Of a DNA stretch of 64,000 bases, positions 7,520-16,501 are shown one piece after another (the first letter of the stretch is position 1; each line of letters begins with the position of its first letter). The translations under genes and the position numbers were made by a program. Origin of the DNA: Myxococcota bacterium (GTDB lineage Bacteria > Myxococcota_A > UBA796 > CAJQPC01); NCBI GenBank assembly GCA_036012755.1, contig DASCPX010000193.1, forward strand, positions 12,365 to 76,364. Direction: 5' to 3'. Below the pieces are notes generated by a model. It did no database searches, was not told where the DNA came from, and saw only the letters and a program-made list of their open reading frames with translations.

Positions 7520-10027
7520 ATGAGCCGGACCGCCCGCATCGCGCTCGTCGCCGCTGCCCTCGGCGGCATGGCCGCGGTCGGGGCGGAGGTGGTCTTCACC
7601 CGGCGGCTCGCGCTCATGTTCGGGGTCACCGCCCCCGCCGCCGCGACGGTGGTGGCGGTGTACATGGCGGGCATGGCCCTGGGCTCGGCCTGGGGCGGGC
7701 GCTACGCGGACCGACTGGCGTCGCGCGCCGGGCTCCTCTACGCCGCGGCGGAGGGCTTCGCCCTGGTCTGGGCGCTCTTGTTCCTGCCCTTCGCCGACGC
7801 GCTCAGCGCGATGATGGCCCGGCTGGACTCCAGCTCGACGATGCTGGCGGCAGGCATCGGCGCCATCGTGCTCGTCGGCCCCCCCGCCGTGGCCAGCGGC
7901 GTCACGTTCCCAGCGCTGACCCGCCTGGTCGCCGACGAGGGACACCTCCGCCGGCTGATCGGCGCCAACTCCGCCGGCGCCGCCCTGGGGGCCCTGCTGG
8001 CCGGACTCTGGCTGCCCTCGCTGCTCGGCTACACCGGCACCCTCTGGATGGCCGGCGGCCTGAGCGCCGTCGCGGGGCTCCTGATGCTCGGCATCTCGCG
8101 GGGCCAGGCCCCGGAGACCTACGAGCCCCTCGCCGAGCCCAAGGACCCCCTGCCCTGGCAGCGAACCGCGGTGATCTACGCCGCCCTCGGCGCGACGGGC
8201 ATGGCCGCCGAGATCGGCTGGACCCGCCTCCTGGAGCAGACCGGCCCCAACCCGGGAGCGCTGACCTTTCCCCTGGTGCTCGCGGCCTACCTCCTCGGCC
8301 TGGGCCTGGGCGGCGCCGCGCTCGAGCCACGACTCCGGGTCTTCGGAGAGCGCAAGGCGCTGGGCATCTGCGTTCTGATCAGCGGCTTCGCGACCCTCGG
8401 CGGGGTGCTCCTGCTGCCCCTGATCCCCCCCGAACAGATCATGGGCCACGCCGTGGGCGAGGGCCTCCTGAACAAGCAGGTCTTCCAGGTCACGGGCCTC
8501 CAGGTCTCCATCGATCGGCTCCTGGTCTACCTCGGCTCCTCGGGCCTGGCGGGCGTGGCCAGCGGCGCGGGCTACCCCATCGCCGCCTCCGCCCTGGCCC
8601 GAGCGCGCAAGGGGCTCGGCACCGGGGTCGGCGTGGTCTGGTCCTTCGGCACCCTGGCGGCGGTGGGCGCCAGCCTCTGGATGGGCTTCCTGCCCAGCTG
8701 GGGGCCCGGCACCGTGCGCAGCATGGCCCTGGCCGGCATCGCCGTGCTCGTCGCCGGGCTCCTGCTGCAGCGCTCGAAGTGGCGCATCGCCATCGCGGTG
8801 GCCTCCGCGCTGGTGCTCCTGGTCCCCCCGTGGGCGGGCCTGCAGATCCCCCACGGCGAGGAGGTGCTGGCCTTCCTCGAGACCGCCGCCGGGCCCAGCG
8901 CCGTGACCTTGCAGGAGGGCTCGGACATCCAGGCGCCCCAGGGCCCCAACGAGAACGCCAACCGACCGGCCACGGTGCACGCCCCCGACCAGGCCCAGGG
9001 GCTGCGCTGGATCTACACCCACGGCGAGCGCGTCCCGGGCTTCGCCTTGAGCCTGGAGATCCCCCTGGCGCTGCACCCCTCGCCCGAGCGGGTCGTGCTC
9101 ATCGCCTTCGGCACCGGCGTCAACACGCCGCTGATGCTGGCGGACCCTCGCGTCACCGAGCTCACCGTCGTCGACATCGACCGCTCCCTGCCGCCCCTCG
9201 CCGAGCACATCCCCGGCGTCGGCGGCGGGCTCTTCGACGGGGTGCGCAGCCGCTTCGTCAACGACGACGGCCGCCACTACCTGCGGGCGAGCACGGAGCG
9301 CTTCGACATCGTCTACAGCGACGTCGCCACCTACGCGCAGTACGTCGAGCTCGGCACGGTCGAGTTCTTCGAGCTCTGCCGGGATCGCCTCGCCCCCGGT
9401 GGCATGTTCGTGCTCAAGGTCCACACCGACACCCTGGAGGCCGAGGGCCAGGAGCGCTTCCTGGCCACCGTGCTGGAGGTCTTCGACCAGGTCCTGCTGG
9501 TCGACAGCCACGGGCCGATGCCGGTGCTCGTGGGCTTCCAGTCCACCCCGGATCGGGAGGCCTTCCTCGCCGCGGAGTCGGCGCTGATCGGGACCTACGG
9601 AGAGGCCTACCGCTCCCGGGTCGAGGGCTACCTGGTGCTCGATCGCGACGCCCTCGAGGCCCACCTCGCCCGCGGCCGTCCCAGCAGCGACGATCGGCCG
9701 ATGCCGATGTCCACCGCGCTCGTGGGCCCCTACACCGAGGGCGCCTACGCCGCCTCCGGGCAGGACGACTTCTTCGCCGCCATCGACGCCGCCGGCCGCC
9801 CCCTCGGCGAGGTGCTCTGGGGCCTGCGGGGCGTCCGGCCGACCGCCTCGATCCGACCCGACAACCCGCCCCAGCCTCCCCACCGCGTGGGCTGGATCAA
9901 GAACCTCCTCATCGGCCTGGGCCTGGCCGAAGCCCCCGACACCGGGCCGCAGGACGTCGGCCCACCGCCCGAGCACCCCGGAGGACCCGGCCCCAAGGGT
10001 CCCCCGCTGCAGGGAGGCGCCCCCTGA
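7520..10027 (+). CDS. fused polytopic (MFS-like) / spermidine-synthase-like methyltransferase-fold protein
   Basis: I take the ATG at 7520 inside track ORF 7295..10027 as the start (MSRTARIALVAAALGGMAAVGAEVVFTRRLALMFG). There are about 12 hydrophobic helices. A SpeE-like domain follows (VVLIAFGTGVNTP...LTVVDID...FVNDDGRHYL...FDIVYSD...PGGMFVLKV). The C-terminal tail is PG-rich. Confidence 0.75.
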   Translation: MSRTARIALVAAALGGMAAVGAEVVFTRRLALMFGVTAPAAATVVAVYMAGMALGSAWGGRYADRLASRAGLLYAAAEGFALVWALLFLPFADALSAMMARLDSSSTMLAAGIGAIVLVGPPAVASGVTFPALTRLVADEGHLRRLIGANSAGAALGALLAGLWLPSLLGYTGTLWMAGGLSAVAGLLMLGISRGQAPETYEPLAEPKDPLPWQRTAVIYAALGATGMAAEIGWTRLLEQTGPNPGALTFPLVLAAYLLGLGLGGAALEPRLRVFGERKALGICVLISGFATLGGVLLLPLIPPEQIMGHAVGEGLLNKQVFQVTGLQVSIDRLLVYLGSSGLAGVASGAGYPIAASALARARKGLGTGVGVVWSFGTLAAVGASLWMGFLPSWGPGTVRSMALAGIAVLVAGLLLQRSKWRIAIAVASALVLLVPPWAGLQIPHGEEVLAFLETAAGPSAVTLQEGSDIQAPQGPNENANRPATVHAPDQAQGLRWIYTHGERVPGFALSLEIPLALHPSPERVVLIAFGTGVNTPLMLADPRVTELTVVDIDRSLPPLAEHIPGVGGGLFDGVRSRFVNDDGRHYLRASTERFDIVYSDVATYAQYVELGTVEFFELCRDRLAPGGMFVLKVHTDTLEAEGQERFLATVLEVFDQVLLVDSHGPMPVLVGFQSTPDREAFLAAESALIGTYGEAYRSRVEGYLVLDRDALEAHLARGRPSSDDRPMPMSTALVGPYTEGAYAASGQDDFFAAIDAAGRPLGEVLWGLRGVRPTASIRPDNPPQPPHRVGWIKNLLIGLGLAEAPDTGPQDVGPPPEHPGGPGPKGPPLQGGAP

Positions 10028-11133
10028 ACCGCCGCCGCTGGCTCGGACGCGTCGGCCTGGTGGTCGGCGGCCTGCTCGTGGGCGCCGTGGCCGCGGAGCT
10101 CGGTGCGCGCATGCTCCAGCCCCGAGGCGCCTCGGACCTGCTCTTCAACGCACCGGACAACAGCCCCCAAGGGCTCTACTCGGGGAGCCGCGAGCTCTTC
10201 TCCCTGCCTACGCCGGGCTTCACCGCGACCCAGACCTCCCTGGGGTACTCGGTCGACCTGCGCATCAACAGCCACGCCCTCCGCGGCCCCGAGCTCGGCG
10301 CGAAGAGCCAGCCCCGCTGGCTGGCGATCGGGGACTCCTTCACCTTCGCCGCCCAGGTCGCCGAAGAGGACAGCTTCACCGTGCTCTCCTCGGGGGCGCT
10401 CGGCCTCGAGGTCCTCAACGCCGGGGTCGACGGCTACGGCACGTGGCAGGCAACGCGCCGCTACGAGCTCCTCGCCCAGGAGCTGGACCTGGACGGGGCG
10501 CTGCTGACCTTCTTCGTCGGCAACGACCTGACCGACAACGACCACTGGCCGAACACGCGCCGCATCGCGGAGAACTTCGTCGAGGGGGAGCCGCTGGACC
10601 GGCTGCAGCGGGACCCCCTGACCGCGTGGCTGTCTCGCCACTCCTACCTCTACGGCCGGCTCCAGGTGCGCCGGGCCGCCGAGGAGCTGGCCAGCGGCAA
10701 CTCCCCCAACCAGCTCCGCTGGCGCATGGAGCTCGAGCTCTTCCACGAGGACGGGGCCCATCGCCTCCGCGACATGGGCCGGACCACGCAGCAGGAGCTG
10801 CGCGACCTGCGGGACAAAGCGCGACGCAACGGCGACGGGCTCCTCGTGGCGGTGGCGCCCCCGGCCTTCGCGGTCGACCAGGGCCGTGTCGCGCCGACCT
10901 TCGAGCTCGTCGGCCTCGACGCCGGGCAGGCCCGGGTCGAGGCCCCAGAAGAGGCGCTCATGGAGATCCTGGAGAGCGAGCGCATCTCCGCCTGCAACCT
11001 CGGCCCTCCCTTGAGGCAGGCGGAGAGCCAGGGGGTGCAGACCTACCTGGAGTACGACGGCCACTGGACCGTCGAGGGCCACCGGGTCGTCGCGGAGACC
11101 CTCGCGGCGTGTTGGGAGGCCCGGAGTCCCTGA
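10024..11133 (+). CDS. signal-anchored SGNH/GDSL hydrolase
   Basis: This is the C-terminal part of track ORF 8779..11133. Motifs: WLAIGDSFTFAAQV (block I), NAGVDGYGT, FFVGNDLTDN, EYDGHWTVEGHR (block V-like). The start is uncertain. CTG at 10024 overlaps the upstream TGA and gives NRRRWLGRVGLVVGGLLVGAVAA as a signal anchor. Alternatives are GTG 10060 and ATG 10111. Confidence 0.7.
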   Translation: MNRRRWLGRVGLVVGGLLVGAVAAELGARMLQPRGASDLLFNAPDNSPQGLYSGSRELFSLPTPGFTATQTSLGYSVDLRINSHALRGPELGAKSQPRWLAIGDSFTFAAQVAEEDSFTVLSSGALGLEVLNAGVDGYGTWQATRRYELLAQELDLDGALLTFFVGNDLTDNDHWPNTRRIAENFVEGEPLDRLQRDPLTAWLSRHSYLYGRLQVRRAAEELASGNSPNQLRWRMELELFHEDGAHRLRDMGRTTQQELRDLRDKARRNGDGLLVAVAPPAFAVDQGRVAPTFELVGLDAGQARVEAPEEALMEILESERISACNLGPPLRQAESQGVQTYLEYDGHWTVEGHRVVAETLAACWEARSP

Positions 11134-11135
11134 GC

Positions 11136-12851
11136 TCAGCGTGGCAGGGGCGGCGCCCCCGGCATGAGCCAGAGGGCCAGGTTCCCGTCGTTGTAGGCGG
11201 GCTGGCCGAGCAGCTCCGAGATCCAGCTGCGGCGCTCCTCGAAGCCGATGGGCCGCTCGCCGGGCTTGGGCGGCTGCCCGCTGAAGAGCACGACGTAGTG
11301 GAAGCCCCCGGCGTCCTCGGCGCTCCAGTCGCGCCGAGCGGCCTGGCCCGGGTCCGAGATCAGGGCGGACAAGAGCTCGGACTGGGCCACGTTGTCGTCC
11401 CAGGCGCCGGGGATCGCACCTGGGAGCTGCCAGCCCACCGCCGTGTCGATCGGCTGCTGGTGCCAGACCTGCCAGTGCAGCATGCCCGCCTTCACGTTCC
11501 TGGCGGGGAGCTGCAGCATCGGGTGCTGCCCGGGCTCGGCGCCCAGGCGCCGGAAGACCTCTGGCACCTCGACGGCCTCGGTCGGCACCGGAGGCAGGGC
11601 CGGGGAGAGGCGCAGCATCGCCGCGCCCTCGTAGATGGACCACGGCGCCACCAGCGCGAGGGCCAGCCCACGCTGCCACAGGGGCCGACGGGTGGCCGCG
11701 AGGGCGCCGGCGACCACCGCGAAGCACGGCAGCAGCAGCATCGACCAGCGGTAGGGCCACCAGAAGCGCGAGAAGCCCGGCAGCAGGTCCAGCGCGCGGT
11801 GTGGCATCGGCACGGCCACGGGCTCGCCCCCGACCATCCAGGGCAGCCAGAGGTAGCGCCCCAGGGAGAAGACGGCGGCCACCAGCCCCACGCCAGCCAG
11901 GAAGCGCGCGGGGCCGCGGAGCCGCCAGGCGCCTAGCGCCAGGACCGGCAGGGCGAGCAGCGGCCACCGCCTGGAGGCGTCGCGGTGGCTGGGCGCGAAG
12001 GGCCCCTCCAGGGCCCAGGGCAGCGCCATCGCGCCGTCGATCCCGCCCGCCTCCTGGGCGTTGAGCAGGCCGTGGTCCGAGCCCTGCACCGAGCCGATGA
12101 CGACCGGGGCCAGGAAGGGCAGCGCCACAAGGAAGGAGGCAACCCCGACGATGAGCAGGTCCACCAGGGCTGCTCGGTCCAGGCGGCGCCGCGCAGCCCG
12201 GGCCAGGACGTCCAGGCCCAGCACCACCAGCAGCATGTAGGCGCCCATCCAGTACACCGCGCCCGAGAGGCCCAGGGCGACGCCGGTGGCCACCGCGAGG
12301 CCCCGCGACCCCGGGCGCTCTCGGAGGCGGGCGTAGCCGACGAGAAAGGCGAGGATTGGTGCCAGCAGGGCCTGTTCCCCGCGCCCGGAGGCGCACTCGA
12401 CCACGCCGAAGCAGAGAGAGGCCCCGACCAGGACCGCCAGCGCCGCGGAGACCCGGTCCCCCCCCAGCCGCCGCGTCGCCACGCCGGCGATGACGCCGGT
12501 CAGCGCGGTGAAGACGATGGCGGCGGCGCTGAGCGCTCCGACCGGCCCGACCGCCCAGGTCAACGGCACCGCCGCCAGCGGCGCACCGAGGTTCCAGATC
12601 GAGGCGCCGATCTGGGCCCCCATCGGCCAGAGGAGGTCCTCGGCCCAGAAGGGGTTCGACAGCGTCGCCACCGAGTCCGCGACCCGGTCGTACCACCAGA
12701 TGCTCGTGATGACGTCCGGGTTGTGCAGCCCAACGAGGCTGTGGGTCCCGACCTGGGACGCGAGCGGCCAGGACATCAGGGCGGTCGCCGCGAGCGCCAG
12801 CGCGAGCCAGACCAGGGCCTCGATCCTGGGGGGGCGTTCCGGCGAGCTCAC
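11136..12851 (-). CDS. polytopic membrane protein, GT-C-like (paralog 1 of 3)
   Basis: 571 aa with about 10-12 hydrophobic helices and then a soluble C-terminal domain. The first-loop motif LVGLHNPDVITSIWWYDRV is shared with the genes at 12895 and 16502. The function is inferred only. Confidence 0.65.
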   Translation of the reverse strand: MSSPERPPRIEALVWLALALAATALMSWPLASQVGTHSLVGLHNPDVITSIWWYDRVADSVATLSNPFWAEDLLWPMGAQIGASIWNLGAPLAAVPLTWAVGPVGALSAAAIVFTALTGVIAGVATRRLGGDRVSAALAVLVGASLCFGVVECASGRGEQALLAPILAFLVGYARLRERPGSRGLAVATGVALGLSGAVYWMGAYMLLVVLGLDVLARAARRRLDRAALVDLLIVGVASFLVALPFLAPVVIGSVQGSDHGLLNAQEAGGIDGAMALPWALEGPFAPSHRDASRRWPLLALPVLALGAWRLRGPARFLAGVGLVAAVFSLGRYLWLPWMVGGEPVAVPMPHRALDLLPGFSRFWWPYRWSMLLLPCFAVVAGALAATRRPLWQRGLALALVAPWSIYEGAAMLRLSPALPPVPTEAVEVPEVFRRLGAEPGQHPMLQLPARNVKAGMLHWQVWHQQPIDTAVGWQLPGAIPGAWDDNVAQSELLSALISDPGQAARRDWSAEDAGGFHYVVLFSGQPPKPGERPIGFEERRSWISELLGQPAYNDGNLALWLMPGAPPLPR

Positions 12852-12894
12852 CGGCGGACCATACCCCGCCTCAACTCCATGCCATCATCCGCCC

Positions 12895-14658
12895 ATGGCC
12901 CTGGCCCGTCGCTGCTGGCCCCTGCTGGTCTTGGCCCTGGGCGCGCTGCTGCCGATGGCCAGGGTCCTGGCGGGCCCCCGCAGCCTGCTCGTCGGCACCG
13001 AGCTGAGCGATGTCTACAAGCACGCCTGGGCCTTCTGGCACGTCACCGAGACCCTCGGCTGGCCCCGCACGACGGCGCTGAACCACCCCGACGGCGGCCT
13101 CTTCCTGGACATGATGTGGGCGCCGGCGCTCTTGATGCTCCCCGTCACGGCGGTGGGCGGCGCCGTGCTCTCGGCCAACCTGTGGATGTGGCTGTCGCTG
13201 TGGCTGGTCGGCGCCTGCACCTGGTGGCTCGCGCGGGAGCTCGTCGGCGACGGGGCCGGGGCGCTGCTCGGCGGGCTCGCCGCCCAAACCGCCACCCCGC
13301 TCCTCGGCTACCCGATGCTCAGCGGCGTGCACGAGCGCCTGGGGGTCTGGGTCTTTCCGCTGGTGGTGCTCATGCTGCTCCGCATCCGCGACCGGGGGGG
13401 GATCTGGGAGGTCGCCGTGGCCGCGGGCGGGCTGGGCTTCGTCGCCCTGGGCTGCCAGGCCTACGGGCTCTACGCCGGGGGCCTCCTGCTCATGGGCCTG
13501 CCCCTGTGGCTCGGCCACCCCCGCGACTGGCTGCCGCGGCTGAAGCGACTCGCCCCGGTGGGCCTCGCCCTGCTCCTGGTGATGGGCGCGGTCTACGCGG
13601 TCTCCTACACCCTCACCACCGATCCGGAGAGCCTGGTCCCGCAGCCCGGTCGCCTCGGTGAGGGTCCGAAGCTGATCCTGGACGCGGCCACCGTGGGCGG
13701 ACTGCTGGACCCCCGCGTCGCCGCCTCGGTCCAGCCGACCCTAGGCGGTGACGAGCTCTACGTGCTCACCTACCTGGGCTGGATGGGGCTCGGCCTGGCG
13801 CTGGTGGGCGCCGCGCTCGCCCGCGGAGGCAGACGCTGGGACGTGCGCGGCCTGACCGCGCTGGCGCTCTTGATGGCGCTCCAGAGCCTTGGCCCCCACT
13901 TCCAGGTCGGCGCCCAGCACTTCGTGAACCCGCTGTTCGTGGCGATGGCGGCGGTGATCCCCCACTACGGCAGCAACCCCCCGGTCTGGCAGAACGTGCT
14001 CGCGGTCGCCCCCTTGCTGGCCCCGGGGATCGCCGCCGCGATCGAGCGCGCGCCGCGAGGCTCCTGGGCGCTCGCGGGCCTCGCTTGGGTGGCCATCGTC
14101 GCGGAGCGCGCCGCCACCCTGCCGGTGGCCTTCCCCCTGCCCGTCACCGCCGCCGAGGTCGCCGAGCCCTACGCCGCGATCGTCGAAGAGGGCGCCGTCG
14201 CCGAGGTTCCGCGCATCTACCGGGACCTCACCACCGCACACGGCTCGCTCTTCATCAGCCAGACCGCGCACGAGCGGCCGGTCCCACACACGATCAACAT
14301 CGGCGCGAGCCCATGGGACAGCTACGCGCCCCTGGCCCGCGGGGTTGCTCGGGACTGGGGCGAGGCCGCGGCCTGCCTCAACGGCGCGGGCTACCGCTAC
14401 CTCGTCGTCCACCGGGACCACTTCAGCGGACAGAGCGCCGCCGCAGAGGCCATCGACGGGCTGTCCCGCGCGGCGTCGGTGGTCGCGGACGATGGCGTCG
14501 TCGCGGTCTTCGATCTCGGGCCCGTGCCTGGGGAGACCACCCACGCCGGCCCCGCGCTGTCCCGCTCCAGCATGGAGCTCGTCCAGCAGGGGCTCGCCGG
14601 TCGTCCCCTCCGCGTCGGCGACCTCCGACCCGACTGGACGCGCTGCCCCGCCCGCTGA
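12895..14658 (+). CDS. polytopic membrane protein, GT-C-like (paralog 2 of 3)
   Basis: Start ATG at 12895 inside track ORF 12490..14658 (MALARRCWPLLVLALGALLP). First-loop motif LLVGTELSDVYKHAWAFWHV. It is polytopic with a soluble C-terminal domain. It is divergent from paralog 1 with a 43-bp spacer. Confidence 0.65.
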   Translation: MALARRCWPLLVLALGALLPMARVLAGPRSLLVGTELSDVYKHAWAFWHVTETLGWPRTTALNHPDGGLFLDMMWAPALLMLPVTAVGGAVLSANLWMWLSLWLVGACTWWLARELVGDGAGALLGGLAAQTATPLLGYPMLSGVHERLGVWVFPLVVLMLLRIRDRGGIWEVAVAAGGLGFVALGCQAYGLYAGGLLLMGLPLWLGHPRDWLPRLKRLAPVGLALLLVMGAVYAVSYTLTTDPESLVPQPGRLGEGPKLILDAATVGGLLDPRVAASVQPTLGGDELYVLTYLGWMGLGLALVGAALARGGRRWDVRGLTALALLMALQSLGPHFQVGAQHFVNPLFVAMAAVIPHYGSNPPVWQNVLAVAPLLAPGIAAAIERAPRGSWALAGLAWVAIVAERAATLPVAFPLPVTAAEVAEPYAAIVEEGAVAEVPRIYRDLTTAHGSLFISQTAHERPVPHTINIGASPWDSYAPLARGVARDWGEAAACLNGAGYRYLVVHRDHFSGQSAAAEAIDGLSRAASVVADDGVVAVFDLGPVPGETTHAGPALSRSSMELVQQGLAGRPLRVGDLRPDWTRCPAR

Positions 14659-14661
14659 GCT

Positions 14662-15705
14662 TCAGCCCGGGCGGTTGCTGGTGGCGCAGCGGAAGCCGCT
14701 GGTCTTGCGCCGGACCTCAGCCTGGAACTGGTGCCGCTCCCCCGCCGGGTTGGGCCGGAGGTCGGTGAAGTAGCTGCCGCCGCGCACGGCCACGTAGATC
14801 GTCGGGGCCTCGACGCGGAGCCCCTCCCAGGTCTCCCCGACGAGGCGGCCCTCCGCGGCCTCCCAGGTCTCGACGCGGCCGTCCGACGTCCACTCCCAGA
14901 CATTGCCGAAGAGGTCCTCTGCGCCGACGTGGCTGCGGCCTCCAGGGAAGGAACCCACCGGGGAGGTGGAGCGGTGGCCGTCGCTGTCGTCGAAGCCCTC
15001 GGACTCGATGGTGCCGTGGTTGAAGCGCGCCCCGTCGTAGTCGTCGCCCCACGGATAGACGCCGTCGCCGGGCCCCAGCGCTGCCAGCTGCCACTCGGCC
15101 TCTGTAGGCAGGCGCTTGCTCGCCCAGCGGCAGTAGGCCTGGGAGTCGTACCAGCTCACGAGCACCACCGGGTGGTCCCCGGTCCCCGGCGCGTAGTCGC
15201 CGCCGGACCAGTTCCAGTCCTCGTCGGAGTCGATCTCGCCGACCTGGGGCGGCCGGTAGCCCGTCTCGTCGAGGAACACCTTGTAGGCCTCGCGCGTGAC
15301 CTCCGTCCGGTCGATCCAGAAGGCCTCGACCCGGGCCAGTCGTGGCTCGAGCTGCATGCCGTCGCGCATCTCCCAGCGCTCGAAGCTGCGATCGGCGGGA
15401 CCGATCCGGCCCGGAAGACCGCCGGGACCTGGCGGCGGGCCGGCGCCTGGAGGAGGACCGGCGGCGCCTCCGGGCCCGGGTGGCCCGGGGCCGGGGGGCG
15501 CGCCGTGCGGGCCCGGCCCGCCCTCCTTCGAGGGGACCTCGTCCGCGTCGCGGGCCTCCAGGAAGCTCGGCGTGCCCTCGACGGGCTCGAGCCACTTCGG
15601 GCCCAGCGTCACCACCCCCTCCGCGACCGGCACCATGCCCTGGACGACCTCGACCGCAGCGGGGTGACCAGCCCCTCCGGAGGTGCATGCCAAGAGCTCG
15701 ATCAC
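14662..15705 (-). CDS. FGE-sulfatase (SUMF1/EgtB-like) domain lipoprotein with PG-rich linker
   Basis: GTG at 15705 forms a GTGA overlap with the stop of the upstream gene. N-terminus MIELLACTSGG (short lipobox-like). Linker GGPGPHGAPPGPGPPGPGGAAGPPPGAGPPPGPGG. FGE-type blocks: HPVVLVSWYDSQAYCRWASKRLPTEAEWQ, GNVWEWTSD, RGGSY..., GFRCA. The start could instead be the internal ATG (MVPVAEG). Confidence 0.75.
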   Translation of the reverse strand: MIELLACTSGGAGHPAAVEVVQGMVPVAEGVVTLGPKWLEPVEGTPSFLEARDADEVPSKEGGPGPHGAPPGPGPPGPGGAAGPPPGAGPPPGPGGLPGRIGPADRSFERWEMRDGMQLEPRLARVEAFWIDRTEVTREAYKVFLDETGYRPPQVGEIDSDEDWNWSGGDYAPGTGDHPVVLVSWYDSQAYCRWASKRLPTEAEWQLAALGPGDGVYPWGDDYDGARFNHGTIESEGFDDSDGHRSTSPVGSFPGGRSHVGAEDLFGNVWEWTSDGRVETWEAAEGRLVGETWEGLRVEAPTIYVAVRGGSYFTDLRPNPAGERHQFQAEVRRKTSGFRCATSNRPG

Positions 15706-16472
15706 GGGCTCGGCTCCGGGGCGTAGGCGCAGCGGAAGCCAGTCGTGAAGGCCACCCGCGAGGGCTCGGCCGGCTCTCGGTGGGCGCAGGCGCAGTAGCT
15801 GGGGAGCGAGGTGAAGGAGCCGCCCTTGAGCACCCTCCAGGTGCCCTCCTCGGGCCCGCTCGGGTCGGTGGCGTCCCCAGTGGTGCCCTCGCGGTGGTAC
15901 CAGTCCGCGGTCCACTCCCAGACATTGCCAGAGGCGTGGAGCAGCCCGTGCGGGGAGCGCAGGTCCGTCGCCTGGGAGGACACGGGCTGCGTGCCCACCG
16001 ACTGGGCGAGTCCGTGCTTGCCGTAGTTGGACCAGGCCGGGCTGACCTCCTCGCTGTCTCCCCAGGGGAAGCGCCGCTGACCGTCCCCGCAGGCCGCGTG
16101 CTCCCACTGGGCCTCGGTGGGCAGGTGACCGCCCCGGGCCCGGCAAAAGGCCTCGGCCTCGAACCAGGTGACGGCGACCACAGGGTGGTCTCCGGAGCGC
16201 CCGGCGGCGCGCAGCTCGGCGCCCGCGCCGTTCGGATGCTCCTGGGCCCAGGCCCAGCCCGCCTCGCTCCAGTGGGCCACTGTCTGGTAGCCCTCCTTCG
16301 CCCAGCTCTCGAACTGGGTGACGCTCACCTCCGCGCGGTCGATCCGGTAGTCGGACAGGGCGACCGTGCGCGGCGGCGCGTCCGGCTCCTGGGCGCCTCC
16401 TTGCTCGAAGCTCCCGGCGGGGATCTCCACGACGTCCATCCCCATCATCAGCGCCAGGAGCGTGAAGGCCAC
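15702..16472 (-). CDS. FGE-sulfatase (SUMF1/EgtB-like) domain protein
   Basis: 256 aa. Blocks: MDVVEIPAGSFEQGG, HPVVAVTWFEAEAFCRARGGHLPTEAQWEHA, GNVWEWTADWY, VLKGGSF, GFRCA. Confidence 0.85.
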   Translation of the reverse strand: MAFTLLALMMGMDVVEIPAGSFEQGGAQEPDAPPRTVALSDYRIDRAEVSVTQFESWAKEGYQTVAHWSEAGWAWAQEHPNGAGAELRAAGRSGDHPVVAVTWFEAEAFCRARGGHLPTEAQWEHAACGDGQRRFPWGDSEEVSPAWSNYGKHGLAQSVGTQPVSSQATDLRSPHGLLHASGNVWEWTADWYHREGTTGDATDPSGPEEGTWRVLKGGSFTSLPSYCACAHREPAEPSRVAFTTGFRCAYAPEPSP

Positions 16473-16501
16473 GCCCGAGCCTACCGTGCAAGGATGCCTC
16501 G

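Noticed and set aside
14662-16472. The FGE-domain pair as maturases for the sulfatase-like gene at 49828.
   Set aside because: That enzyme has Thr, not Cys or Ser, in the C/S-x-P-x-R position. The genes are also 33 kb apart in different operons.
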